A DNA stretch of 64,000 bases from Octopus bimaculoides (Eukaryota), in contig NC_068997.1 in NCBI RefSeq assembly GCF_001194135.2, positions 55,732,231 through 55,796,230 on the forward strand, written 5' to 3'. Shown piece after piece: positions 1 to 11,902 of this stretch. Position 1 is the stretch's first letter. Every line of letters begins with the position of its first letter. The notes below the pieces were generated by a model. That model did no database searches, was not told where the DNA came from, and saw only the letters and a list, made by a program, of their open reading frames with translations. Position numbers and translations under genes: made by a program.

Positions 1-55
<55 letters not shown>

Positions 56-131
56 CATACACAGACACACTCACACAAACATACACGTTTATATGCCTCA
101 TGCTCATCCCACACAAACACATGCGCACATA

Positions 132-400
132 CAGGTTGGAAATTAATTTCAAGGTCTTTCGAAACTGTGTTGTATCATATGAACATTGGTTTACTTTAAT
201 AAATTCTTCAACATCACCATTCAAGAAACTAATAGTTTTCACAGAATTCATCCAATCTAAAGGCAATGTTTGAACTAGAAATTCTGATATGGACTGAACA
301 GCATCTCTTACAACTAAAAGAAGCCTTGACTATTCCTTGAGATCTGATAGAATAATGGTCATGGTTGAATCATAGCTGTTCATTTAATTATGTTTTCTTT
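132..400 (-). mobile_element. Degraded mariner 3' end (TIR-like end plus C-terminal transposase remnant)
   Basis: TA at 130-131 followed by CAGGTTGGAAATTAATTTCAAGG. The minus strand gives broken peptides (DLKE, KDAVQSISEF, GDVEE) resembling a mariner C-terminus; many stops and frameshifts. Confidence 0.45.
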
Positions 401-915
401 ATACTCATAGTAGAGATCACAAGGAGTACACATGGATAGATACGAATGGCCAGACAATAACACAAACATTCAAGGATACAACATTTTTTTTTTTTAAATG
501 AAATATTCATAAAGAAGTTTCCTAAGATATGATACGAGCTATCTAAAAGCAAAACTTACAACACAAACACCGCAATTTTGTTGTTGCTGTTGCTGTTGTT
601 GTCGATGTGGTTATGTTTTATTTGATGTACTTTTGTTTTTGATTATATTAAAGGCAATAACAGTAAGTAATATTTGAAAACAAGAAAAATCAATTTCGAT
701 AACTTTTTTTCTCCCTCTCTCTCTCTCTCCGTTAAGAGTGACTGACCAACAAAATGTATTCTGCCATCATATTTTGCTTCTATCCTGACTATGAAATATA
801 TTCATTTAGATGTACAACTTCTTTTCAGCTATTTATTTATTTATTGCTTATATTCACACTTGACAAATCCCTGCCTATTGGAATATACCTTAATGGAAAT
901 ATATAAAAAAAATTG

Positions 916-967
<52 letters not shown>

Positions 968-2164
968 CACACATATATATACAAAAATATACATACACAT
1001 GTGTGTATATATATATATATATATAGATAGATATATGTGCATGCATATATATAAAAGCTGAATAAATTTCTTTAGTTGGAAATATTTACAGCTTATTTGA
1101 TCACCCCTATTCTTGTAGAAATACCATATTTTTCCAGACAACATTACTCTTCAACAGACATGTTATTAGAAATATTTTGTAGCACCAATAAAATTGCAAA
1201 GATGTAAAATTTCAAGCATTCATTCTTTTATTATTTTATTTGTTTATTTTAATTTTATGTCATTTTTTTTTTTCCATTTTTTCATAACTGTTGTTATGAC
1301 ACTATTTTGGTTAAACAAAATTAGAAAACGGAACAGAAATATTTTTTCTATCAATAAAAGATCAATAAAAGATTAGAAATTCTATTAGAAAAAGAAGAAA
1401 CAAAAAAGAGGATGAAAACTTATATTTCAGTCTGCTATTGCTGCCATAATAAGATAAATATATATATGAAAAAAAGTATGGAATATCACCTAATTAAAAT
1501 TAATTTAACAATATGTATATGTCAAAAATGTTGAGTAAGGATATTGTATGGGAGATATTTCTGCATGTGTCAATGTTCAAATTCAGTTTTGGGATGAATA
1601 TGTCAATCTAATTATAAACAAATATGAACGAACACACACACACACACACATCCTATCATCAAATGTTATAATATCCAGACTCGTACATACTGACATAATG
1701 ACAAATATAAAAAGAACAAACCAGTAAGGTGTCACATTGATATTTCTGTTCCTTCAGTGTTAAGTTTGGTTAGTAGTATTTTTAACTGAAGAGATACAAA
1801 ATAAAATCTGATTTGTTCTTTGCAATAATTCAGTGGAAAGTTCCTCAAAAATACTTCTTCACAACACAAGTGTCAAGATACAGGATGATAAGCAGTAACA
1901 TCTTTCTCGACAATAATGATGATTATCACTTTCCCTCATTTACAAGAATATACTGAGAGAACACATTTCGTAATTTATTATGTATTGCAATTAATATTGT
2001 GGGAATTAGTTTTTAATAATAATGTTTTCTCATAGGAAAGGAGAAGTGAATTATTTTTTTCTTACATAGAAAGAAGCAATCAATCATTATATGTAAGTAT
2101 ATAAATACAAATTGAAGTCTTTGGTTTAGCTTCTAGGATGTTCAAAAGACGAATATGCAGAAAC

Positions 2165-2330
2165 AGGTGCAGGCATGGCTGTATGGTAAGAAGTTTTCTT
2201 CCCAACTACATTGTCCTGGGTTCAGTTTCAATGCAAGGCACAGTGGATGAGTGCCTTCTACTATAGTCTCAGATTGATCAAAGCCTTGTGAATGAATTTG
2301 GTAGCCATGAACTTATAAAAGCCTATCATA
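2165..2330 (+). mobile_element. SINE family A, tRNA-derived head, followed by (TA)n/(GA)n
   Basis: GGCATGGCTGTATGGTAAGAAG (A-box-like), GGGTTCAGTTTC (B-box-like) and body CTTCTACTATAG...AAAGCCTTGTGAATGAATTTGGTAG, which recurs at 6086, 9155, 9316, 58135 and 62862. Confidence 0.85.
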
Positions 2331-2350
2331 TATATGTATATGTGTGTGTG

Positions 2351-2430
<80 letters not shown>

Positions 2431-3195
2431 TTTATAATAGTGTAAAATACAATTATAATTAAGGGCATAGAAGAGACAATGCCTTTGCTGAAAATAGACA
2501 ATTAATAATGATATGTTCTGGAATGTATTATGTATATTTCATACAAACAGACAAGCAAAATTAGGAATAATTTTAGTATGAGAAACGACTCAAAGATTGT
2601 TTACAGCTGTATGGTTGCCTTTTGAGAAGAAGTTTTCAATGTCTCTAACCTTAAGTCAGCTACCTGGTTTGCTAAAATGATTTGTAAATTACCTGTTATA
2701 TAATTTAAGGTCTTAATTGGGGAATTAAAATTCACAGGTCACTGAATTTAAATCAAGCCAAAAGCTGATATGAAGCTTGATTTCTCTTCTGTAAAATTGA
2801 TTGCCATAGGGGACAGACACTACTTGCTATCAAATATCGGAAAGTGTTCTGGGAAAGCCATTATCTTGCAAGGTTTTCAGCTATATTCATATATCTCTAT
2901 TAGAAGCTGAACAATCACGTCATCAGCTACCTGCTGTGGCATGATTAATTTCTTTACAGGTGAAAAAAAAGTTTCATTGAGGAAAAGTAACTTCAACTCA
3001 CTTCCCACCCATATCTCTTTCATCCCTTAGGTGACCTTTTAGAAAATAAATCTCAGAATTGTATGTATGTGTGTGTATGTGCATGCCTGTGAGTGTGTGT
3101 TGTGTACCAGCATAGCTACACTCGAGATATTGTTATGATATGTGTAAATAAGTGTATATTATGTAAATTTATGCATCTCTACATGCAATCAGGAC

Positions 3196-3377
3196 TATAT
3201 ATATGCATTTAATTGTGCAAAGTGTGATAAGCATGGTTATCAAATTAGGCAATGAGCCTTAATGAATATATATGTGCATTTAATTGTGCAAAGTGTGATA
3301 TGCATGTTTATCAAATTAGGCAATGAGCTTTAATGAATATATATGTGCCTTTAATTGGGAAAAGCATGATAAACATG
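3196..3377. repeat. 71-bp minisatellite, about 2.5 units, with decayed units at about 4300-4345 and 4400-4475
   Basis: GCATTTAATTGTGCAAAGTGTGATA...ATCAAATTAGGCAATGAG starts at 3205, 3276 and 3347, a period of 71. Confidence 0.9.
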
Positions 3378-3379
3378 TA

Positions 3380-4285
3380 CTGGGTCATTTCATAAATAAT
3401 GCGGTTTTTTCAGTTGCATGAACTAAAAGTCAGAGGGGGGGTGGGATAAACTACCTGCAGGAACTTGTTACAAAAGAAGGGAGTAATATTACCTTGTACT
3501 TTTTCTTAGTGCAGTTTTGAAGAGTGCAGTTCAATTCAAACAGGTATTATTTCAAAGCTGTTAATGCAAGTGAGAAGGGAGCATAATCAGCATATTTTGC
3601 TTTATGTGTTCAAGAAAGATAACAATAAAATGGAAAGTGTGAGGAATATTAATGCAGTATATAGGGATTGGACAATAAGTGTAGGTCAGTGTTAGTGGGG
3701 TTCCACAAATTCCTTGCTAGAATCCACAGCCTAGGACACGAGCCTCATCCTGGAAAATCTATAGAGCACAATGAGGACATCCTGCAAATCTTTGTGGAAT
3801 GAAATCCCATTGTAACTGTTGAGGAACTAGCAGAGAAACTTGGTTTTGGCGATTCAACCATTCATTAACACCTATGTGCGATCAGAATTTAACCATCTTT
3901 GGTTGCAAGATGAAAAGATAATCCTTGGCCACATACAGCGAGGATGACATTCCAAATGCTGATGCATTTTGAGTGGGAAACGATGCTCCACCCACGATAT
4001 TTGCAGGACAATGGTCCATCTGACTGTCATTTATTTGGCAGTCTGCAAAATCATTTTGAAGGAAAATATATGAATTTTGTAGACGAGATCAGAACAGTAC
4101 TGGAAGAATGTTTTTGGTCACAGACAAGTGAATTTTAAAAGAGGGGACTTGCAGGTCTATAATATAGATGGAAAAGCATTGTAAGAAATGAAAGAGAGTA
4201 TATTTAAGATTAAGAAAGAAGTTTGTTTATCTTAATTTTAAAAAATAAAAATATAAAAAACTGCAATATTTATGGGATGATCCAA
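3380..4285 (+). mobile_element. Mariner (DD34D) element with both TIRs, internally deleted and non-autonomous
   Basis: TA flanks at 3378-79 and 4286-87. The left end CTGGGTCATTTCATAAATAATGCGGTTTTTT matches the reverse complement of the right end. HTH remnant NPIVTVEELAEKLGFGDSTIH; catalytic segment DNPWPHTARMTF...HPRYLQDNGPSDCHLF with 34 residues between the two Asp. 906 bp; the linker and first-D region are missing. Confidence 0.95.
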
Positions 4286-4544
4286 TATAAAAAATATTGC
4301 ATTATATATGTGATAACCCAATATATCAAATTAGATGATGAGCATTGGTGGTGCATCAGCATGGCCGCAGCTCTAAGCTGAAACTTTAAAAAAAAAAAAT
4401 ATATATATATATGGGCATTAAATTGTGTAAAGTGTGATAAGCGGGTATATCAAATTAGACAATGTGCATTAACAACGGAAATTATCAGTAAAGTAGTTAA
4501 TCTAAACGAGATAGTTCATATGATTATATTGATAATATCATCAT

Positions 4545-4925
4545 CGTCGTCGTCATTTAACGTCCGCTTTCCATGCTGGCATGGGTTGGACGGTTTGACA
4601 CAGGACTGGCAAGCCAGAAGGCTGCACTAGGCTCCAATCTGATCTGGCAAAGTTTCTACAGTTGGATGTACTTCCTAACACCAACCACTCCGAAAGTGTA
4701 GTGGGTGCTTTTACATGCCACTGGCACGAGGTCCAGTCAGGCGGTACTGGCAATGACCATGCTCAAAAGGTGTTTTTTTACATGCCATCTGCATGGGAGC
4801 CAGTCCAGCGGCACTGGCAACGACCACACACGAATATGTTGTTTTCCATGTACCACCAGCACATGGGCCAGTAAGGCGACGCTGGGAACAATCACACTCG
4901 AATGGTGCTTTTTACGTGCCATTGT
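4545..4925 (-). mobile_element. SINE-like family D: internal 65-68-bp tandem units plus an RTE-type 3' tail
   Basis: The minus strand ends CCGTCCAACCCATGCCAGCATGGAAAGCGGACGTTAAATGACGACGA..., an RTE-like 3' end. Units GGTGCTTTTACRTGCC... begin at about 4704, 4769, 4837 and 4904. Confidence 0.85.
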
Positions 4926-6085
4926 ATGATTGTGTGCTGAAACAAAAACAATTGCAGCATGGAAGATATTTGTAAACCATTCAAGAACACACAAAAGCCA
5001 TTAGTTTCACTTCAGCATTTAAATTTCATTTGTGTCAAAATATGTTTTCTTGAATGGCTTACAAACATCTTCCACACTGCAATTAATATTATTATTATCA
5101 TTATTATTATTTTAATTTTTTTATTCTATAATTAGATTGCTTAATTATTTTAAATTACATTTTAATTTATTTCTAATTATTATGTAATATATTTTTTACT
5201 TATTTTTTTACTTCATTTTATTAACTTAGTTAATCTTAATCATATTACTATTATTTTAATTCTTAATATTAACTTTTTAAAGAAAATAATGTTTTTGAAA
5301 TAGAATATCTTCCTTAGTAAATAATATATATATTGGTTATTTTCCTTAACAATTCTCATTGACATAACCTGTTTTCTTTAACTCATAGTCTATATTTAGA
5401 ATCATTATTAATCAATTGACATGTCCATCATAACTAAAATAATTATCTATTAAATAACCTTTCTCATGTGCTTATTTGAATAATTCAAATGAGGTAGGAA
5501 TTGTGTCATAAGTTTTTTTTCAAGCTGATCGGTGGGATTGAAGAAACAAAGTACCATATTACAATTCTAGCATGATCTGATTAATACTTTCTCTTACTAG
5601 GCATTCTGAAATATCTCCTGCTCCTTGTATTGGTTAAATATAGTTATTTTTACCGTTATCTATCTCCTTTGAAATATTCTCTATCCTAAGTAATGTTATA
5701 TAGTTTGGCTACGGATAGGATGGTTTTAAATTTCTCTATTTCTGTAGAATCTTTGTCGATCATGTAAGGGATTGATTAATATGCATGATTACTGCATCAC
5801 AGAACTTTCAAATGCCAATCTGTCGGAAATGCATGCAAATAGATTAAAATATAATTCTCCATTCTGTTGTGTTTTTCTCCTATACTCTGTGACCTTATAC
5901 AAATTTTATTTGGTCTCCCAACTTCAGATTTACAAACTGGATAGACAGTGGAAAGTAATTTTATAGCTGATGCAGATTATGATGGCTTTCATTGGAAAAT
6001 TTAGATAGTCAAGTTTGATCCTATGGAGAGCTTATAAAATATTGGCCCAGACTTTTAATCTTTTTTTGTTTTGTTATACACATGT

Positions 6086-6490
6086 AAGTGCAGGCATGAC
6101 TGTATAATAGGAAGGTTTCTTCCTAACCATATGGTTTCATGTTCTGTCTCACTGTATAGCAACTTGGGCATGGGTCTTCTATTATAACCCTAGGCCAACC
6201 AAAGCATTCTCAGTGGATTTGGTAGACAGAAACTGAAAGAATCCTGTTGTACATATGTATATATACATACCTACGTGTGTGTGTGTATCCTTATGTCTAC
6301 ATTTGTTCCCCACTGCCATTTGACAACAGCTGTTGGTTTGTTTGCATCTTGTATCTCTGCGGTTCAGTAAAAAGAGACGAATAGAATATATACCATGCTT
6401 AAGAGAATATATGTACAAGAGTTGATTCATTCAAGTCAAACCTTACAAGGCTGCAGTCTAATGATTGAAACAACTAAAAGGTAAAAAGGA
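6086..6490 (+). mobile_element. SINE family A, full length (head, microsatellite, tail A1)
   Basis: Head as at 2165, internal TA/TG tract at about 6250-6290, tail TTGACAACAGCTGTTGG...GACGAATAGAA...GATTGAAACAACTAAAAG ending in an A-rich stretch. Confidence 0.85.
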
Positions 6491-6502
6491 AAAAAAAAAA
6501 AA

Positions 6503-6580
6503 AGGCTCCCATGCCAGTGGCACGTAAAAAGCACCATTCGAGTGTGATTGTTCCCAGTGTTGCCCTCCTGGCCCATGTGT
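6503..6580 (+). mobile_element. Family D unit fragment, inverted relative to 4545-4925
   Basis: 6518-6579 matches the reverse complement of 4860-4921 at 58/62. Confidence 0.9.
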
Positions 6581-6738
6581 ATATATCATATATACACACA
6601 CACATTTATACACAGGTACAAATATATGTGTATACACACAAATATGTACTCACAAACATCCACAAAAGAAAATATACTATTGTACCTGTGTGAGTAAGCA
6701 TAAGCCTTACTGTCTTTACAACATATTTATATTCATTT

Positions 6739-6777
<39 letters not shown>

Positions 6778-7521
6778 GCTCACTCTCTCTTGCTCTCACT
6801 TTCTTTTTTTATAATTTATTAATTATTACTAATTTATATGCTCAGAGGAAATAAAGTTTGCTTCTAAAAATTAGTTTAACCGCCAGAAATTCACGTGCAA
6901 CTTAACACACAAACATGCACAAATGTATGCATGCACATCCACACACACACGCACGCACACACACATACAGACGGACACTCCTCACTCTAAAATGACACTT
7001 AACAAACAGCAGAATTATTTCTGGCTTCATGACAATATATTTGTGGAGCCACATTTGTGGCATGTGGGTTAAATAGCAATAAGTGTAATATATAGATTAA
7101 GACTGAGTGGCATGGAGAAACTGCGCCTGTCTAATATCAAAATATTAAACATTTAGAGAATTATACACTGAATTTCATGCATCAAATTAGCATTTTCATA
7201 ATGAATTGAAAATCAGTTATTTTTTGTCTCTTATAATAAATATTTATAGTCCAGACTGGCTACACAGTGTGTACAAGTAAAAACACAAAGACATACACCT
7301 CCGACTAAACATATGTTTATGTAAGTAAATATATATGTGTGTGTATACATATACACATATATATGTGTGAGTGTGTGTATATATATATCCCCACAGCATA
7401 ATGGAAGTGCTACAAATCTTGTCGTATAGGGAATGCCACTTTGCCAAACCTCTTTTCCCACTGTTTCTTTTTATGCCAAGGATTAAAATGCTTCCTGGCA
7501 GGGATTTTTCAAAGGAAAATA

Positions 7522-7947
7522 CTACAGCCATCTTTTATGTATGAAAATATCCATTTTTAAACATACACAGTGCAGTATATTATACTCTTTCAGGCACTTA
7601 ATGATAAATACACTAAGGAATAAATATGAATTCAGTAATGTTGTAGCACAGAGTACATATGTACTAAAGATTTCTGTTTGATAAGAAATGGTACAATGAG
7701 AATCATTTGGAGGAAGAGGGACACCGTTTTCTGCTTGTAGATCAATATTATCCTCATCAGCATCTGCTTCCAAGCTGAACAGTTTTGCCAAAGGTGTCTG
7801 ATGTCTAAAGTGTATCATTTCTTTATACAACTCAATGTAGGAACTTGTTATGAAATCCATTTCTAACTTTATGTTACATTCATGATTAGAATTGTTAATT
7901 AATAAAGATGATAATGAGGAAATACAATCATCCAACGACAGTGCCAT
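7522..7947 (-). pseudogene. Unidentified 141-codon ORF (possible exon or decayed coding sequence)
   Basis: Longest ORF not caused by microsatellites or Ns, with a protein-like acidic segment (EADADEDNIDLQAENGVPLPPND). The same frame continues with stops to about 8124 and 7390. No homologue recognised. Confidence 0.35.
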
Positions 7948-8417
7948 AATCTTTTAATCTGCCAAAGTGGGTGGATCTTCTGCATCTTGTCCTGCAGCTT
8001 GTTTAATTCTAACCCTAACCAGTTCCTTGGGAGACAAACATTTACTATGGGATATTAACACTTACACCTCAACAGCAACGACATTTTCTGTGACTACTTC
8101 TAGCACTTTACTCGTGTAATCCATTTTATGTCATTCCTGCCTTCAGTTCCATTCGATTGTGTCTTTCAGTCATCTTTAACAAAGATATTGCACCATACTG
8201 TAAATGTTTCTAATAAAGTCAAACATTGGCAGTGGTTTGACAAGAAAGAAATCCATCCCAAACAGTAGATTCCAAGAAAGGGTGTGATGTTTTGCATTGA
8301 CAAAATATGGTGGTTCTATTACAGCAGGCAAAGAATGGAAATGAGAAAATGGATGTTGAAGAGTGGGGGCCATAAAATGTGTTTGGGAGTATTCTACAAT
8401 TAAAGTTAGTTGCAAGA

Positions 8418-8553
8418 GACCAATAGACTAAGTACCAGGCTTAAAGAAAAATTCTTGGGTTGATTTGTTCAGTTAAAATTCTTCAAAGCAGTGCTCCAGC
8501 ATGGCCACAGTCTATTGACTGAAACAAGTAAAAGATAAAAGACAAAAGAAAAA
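8418..8553 (+). mobile_element. SINE A tail fragment
   Basis: AAGTACCAGGCTT...GCAGTGCTCCAGCATGGCCACAGTC...GACTGAAACAAGTAAAAGATAAAAG, shared with 58680-58790. Confidence 0.85.
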
Positions 8554-9154
8554 GCTTCCTGTGTATTTCCAACCCAAATGGAGAACATAAACAACATATT
8601 TCTCTTCTGTTTTTCTGTTGTTGTTGAAGACTAATTCTGCATCAAAGAAAGAAAAGAAAAAAGAAAAGAGAAAAAAGAAAAGAGAGAAAGAAAAGAAGCA
8701 CGTAACATTGATTCATTTTCATTTGATCTTTCTTTGCAACAGAAAGAAAGCAGATACTTGATAAAATATCACTTTTTCAGGTATATTTTTCGTCTGTCTG
8801 AACATATATTTCGGTATATATTATACTTCCTAGCACTACTTAAATATATGACTTTAGTTATTATTATAACCACTAAACTGATTATAAGGAAAATCTGGAT
8901 TTACCCTCCACCACAAAGTACTCTTTCAATATTTTTCACCATCTTCTTTGTAAGTTTTTTTCTTTTTCCTATTGACCAGCAAGATAAAAAAAAATACTAA
9001 ACAAATTACATAAAAATAAATTTTGATTCAACATTTGTTCCTAACCAAATAAAAAGCACTCATTAGGTTACCTATTGAACTATTTTACCAAAACTATTGT
9101 TTCGGAATTACTGGTTCTACATGGAGACTGGATATGGAAAAGTTATAATTTTGT

Positions 9155-9310
9155 GGTGTGGCTGTGTGGTTAAGAAGTTTGTCTCCCAACCATATGGCTT
9201 CAGATTCAGTACCACTGCATGGCACCCTGGGCAAGTATCTTCTACTATAGCTCTCAGACACCCTAAGCTTTTTGAGAGATTTGGTCAACTGAAATTGAAA
9301 GAAGCTCATC
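9155..9310 (+). mobile_element. SINE A head, first of a tandem pair
   Basis: GTGGCTGTGTGGTTAAGAAGTTTG...CCCAACCATATGG...GGCAAGTATCTTCTACTATAGC. Confidence 0.85.
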
Positions 9311-9315
9311 AAATA

Positions 9316-9473
9316 GGTGCAGGAGTTGCTGTGCGGTAAGTAGCTTGCTTATCAACCACATGGTTCTGGGTTCAGTCCCATTGCATGACATTTTGGGTAA
9401 GTGTCTTCTACTATAGCCTCAGGCTGAACAAAACCTTGTGAGTGGATTTGGTAGACAGAAACTGAAAGAAGCC

Positions 9474-9552
<79 letters not shown>

Positions 9553-9730
9553 CATATATATGTTTGTGTCTTTGTTTGTCCCTCCCCCACACACACACAC
9601 ACTATCGCTTGACAACCAATGTTGGTGCGTTTACGTCTCCATAACTTAGAAGTTCAGCATAAAAGACGAATAGAATAAGTACTAGGCTTACAAAGAATAA
9701 GTCCTGGGTTGACTTGTTTGACTAAAGTAA
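9316..9730 (+). mobile_element. SINE A with an internal (TA)n of about 70 bp
   Basis: Head, then GAAACTGAAAGAAGCCCATTG, then (TA)n, then tail ATCGCTTGACAACCAATGTTGG...GAATAAGTACTAGGCTTACAAAG. Confidence 0.9.
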
Positions 9731-9754
9731 AAGATATATGTTTATGTATGTATT

Positions 9755-9798
<44 letters not shown>

Positions 9799-9808
9799 NN
9801 NNNNNNNN

Positions 9809-9844
<36 letters not shown>

Positions 9845-9846
<2 letters not shown>

Positions 9847-10110
9847 TGTGTTGTGTCTCTTTGTCTTCACACTGCATAATAGTTATAAATGAATGTTACT
9901 CTCATACATAAAGTGTTATCCATTTCCAATATTCCACAAAAGCATGTCTGGCCATGGGGAAATATCACCTTACATGGAAAATGATGAGAACTGGTGACTG
10001 GAAGGATATCCAGTCATAGAAAATGTATCTCAGTAAACTTCATTTGACTCAGGAAAAATAGATATTAAAACGATGTTGAATATCATGATGATGTCGATGA
10101 TGATGATGAA
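9845..10110 (+). mobile_element. SINE body with an RTE-type tail (A2) after (TG)n
   Basis: GTCTCTTTGTCTTCAC...GCATGTCTGGCCATGGGGAAATATCACC...GGAAGGATATCCAGTC...TTAAAACGATG followed by (GAT)n; related to 63420-63725. Confidence 0.7.
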
Positions 10111-11685
10111 TACAAAGGAAAATATTTCACATACACAAAAGACAAACAAAACAAACTCCCTAAATTCTTTACCTACAAATTTGATCAACAATATCTAATG
10201 TTATTTTTGTTTACATCCCAAGTTGGAACAGAACCATCCATATGTGATTAAGCAATTAATTTTACATAGATTCATTGTTAAATGATCCAGTTCTTTGAAA
10301 TTAGGCACAATAATCCAGTAAGCATTTAAGCAGAATCACTTGTAGACAGGCAGTTCCAAGAATGTTACATAACCACATCATCTAGAACAACAATATGGAA
10401 ATATAAGCAATCACAGTTTTTGATAAGTAATATCTTAAACATACCAAAAATTTGTGCAAAAATCTCACAGCTGAGGTATCTAATAATTTTTCATGCAGGT
10501 ACCATTTGTTATAGCTATTAAAGTAACCTAGACACATTATTTATTCTAAATGGGAACAATTATCAAATTTTGGAAAATACCCAAAAAAATTTTATCTTCA
10601 ATATGCTTTCTTCTCTTTCTACATATTTTTGTTTAAATTATTTTTTCAACAGTAAAAATTAGATGCAAAAAAAAAATGAAAACAAAAGAAACAAAAAAAT
10701 CATTTTATTATAGAAAAAAAAAATGATATATTTTCAGATTCTAAAGGGAATATTCTTTTCGAAATTTATGAAAATTCCCCATCGACACTTTTCAACTTTG
10801 AAAGAACATTTTAAAAGTTATCAGTGATTTTTGGAAACATCAGAAGTGTTTAAAAGAATATTAAAATTTCATTATTTGGAAACAACAATTTTCAGTGAAA
10901 CTAACTTTTTCTTTCTCAAGATAAAATATATCAGATAAACCTTTCACAATCATCTGATTAGGAGTTAAATATTGAATGCTTTGTCAACAATATATCAATA
11001 CTTCAAGGAGTTAACTGCTTCCAATTTTCTTAAGTTTCTTCTGTTGTTTGGTATTCAGGATGAGAGAAAATGTTAAACTAACGAATTAAATATGTATTTC
11101 TAATTCCTGGCTTTAACGACAGAAAACTTAAAAAAAAAAAATAATGGCAAAATATTAAGTATAATGGAATATCCGATACATACAGAAAATGCATTCTCTC
11201 AACATTTGTTTAAAATCAGTTAAGATTCAAAATTCTTATAGATAAATTACTCGAGAATAAATTTTGCAAAATACAAATACCATAATATTCTCATGTGACA
11301 TTAGCATGCTGATGATGACATAAAATCGACACGAAAAATTATTGACCCCATACAATTTTGACAATCAAGAAAACTTGAGACAGCATCACAGACCCTTAAA
11401 CAATTCACTTTACCAAATTCTATTCACAAAATATCACAATATTCAAAATCACTTTCGTGCTCTATGATTTCATTTGAACACCAAGTATGCCCTAAACATT
11501 ATAATAATGGTTAGAAAATGCTTTTAAAAATCAAATATACAAGAGATGGAATCTTCAAGTTAATAGTTTCATTGCATTCCTCAAAATATAAAAACAAAAA
11601 CAAGAAACTTCAGGAAGATGCTTTAAGGTGAAGTAGTATTCCTTTTGTAGAAGTCTGTGGTTTGCAGTTAAAATACTTCAATGAT

Positions 11686-11902
11686 CGATCTTGCAAGACG
11701 TTTTATAGAGTAATTTCCCTTTAATAAGTTTCTCAAAACACCTACGACATGAGAAGTAATTCTTAATTATTCAAGAAGCTTCGCGTCTCTCTTGGAAGTT
11801 TCTAGAATGTCTAGCGTTCCATTAATAAAAACAGCTTGCTAACCCTGCTCTTCGCTTCTTAGTCAATTAGACTCTGAGCCATTCATGTCGTTGCTATGTC
11901 CG
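11686..11902. promoter_or_regulatory. CpG-retaining, repeat-free, promoter-like patch with an RFX X-box half-site
   Basis: 9 CpGs in 217 bp in an otherwise CpG-poor window; GTTGCTATG at 11890-11898. Confidence 0.35.

Noticed and set aside
791-1144. ORFs rich in YI/IY, HT/TH, CV/VC, II or LL runs here and throughout the window
   Set aside because: Translations of (TA)n, (CA)n and (AAT)n microsatellites, which lack stops in some frames.
4704-4921. CRISPR-like regularly spaced repeats
   Set aside because: Eukaryotic context, the units are contiguous without unique spacers, there are no cas genes, and they are internal to a SINE.
2070-5763. Plus-strand microexon-like site pairs at 654-662, 2070-2092, 3031-3060 and 5748-5763
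   Set aside because: Splice signals are good, but several such pairs per strand are expected by chance in 64 kb of T-rich DNA, and there is no homology or consistent phase chain.
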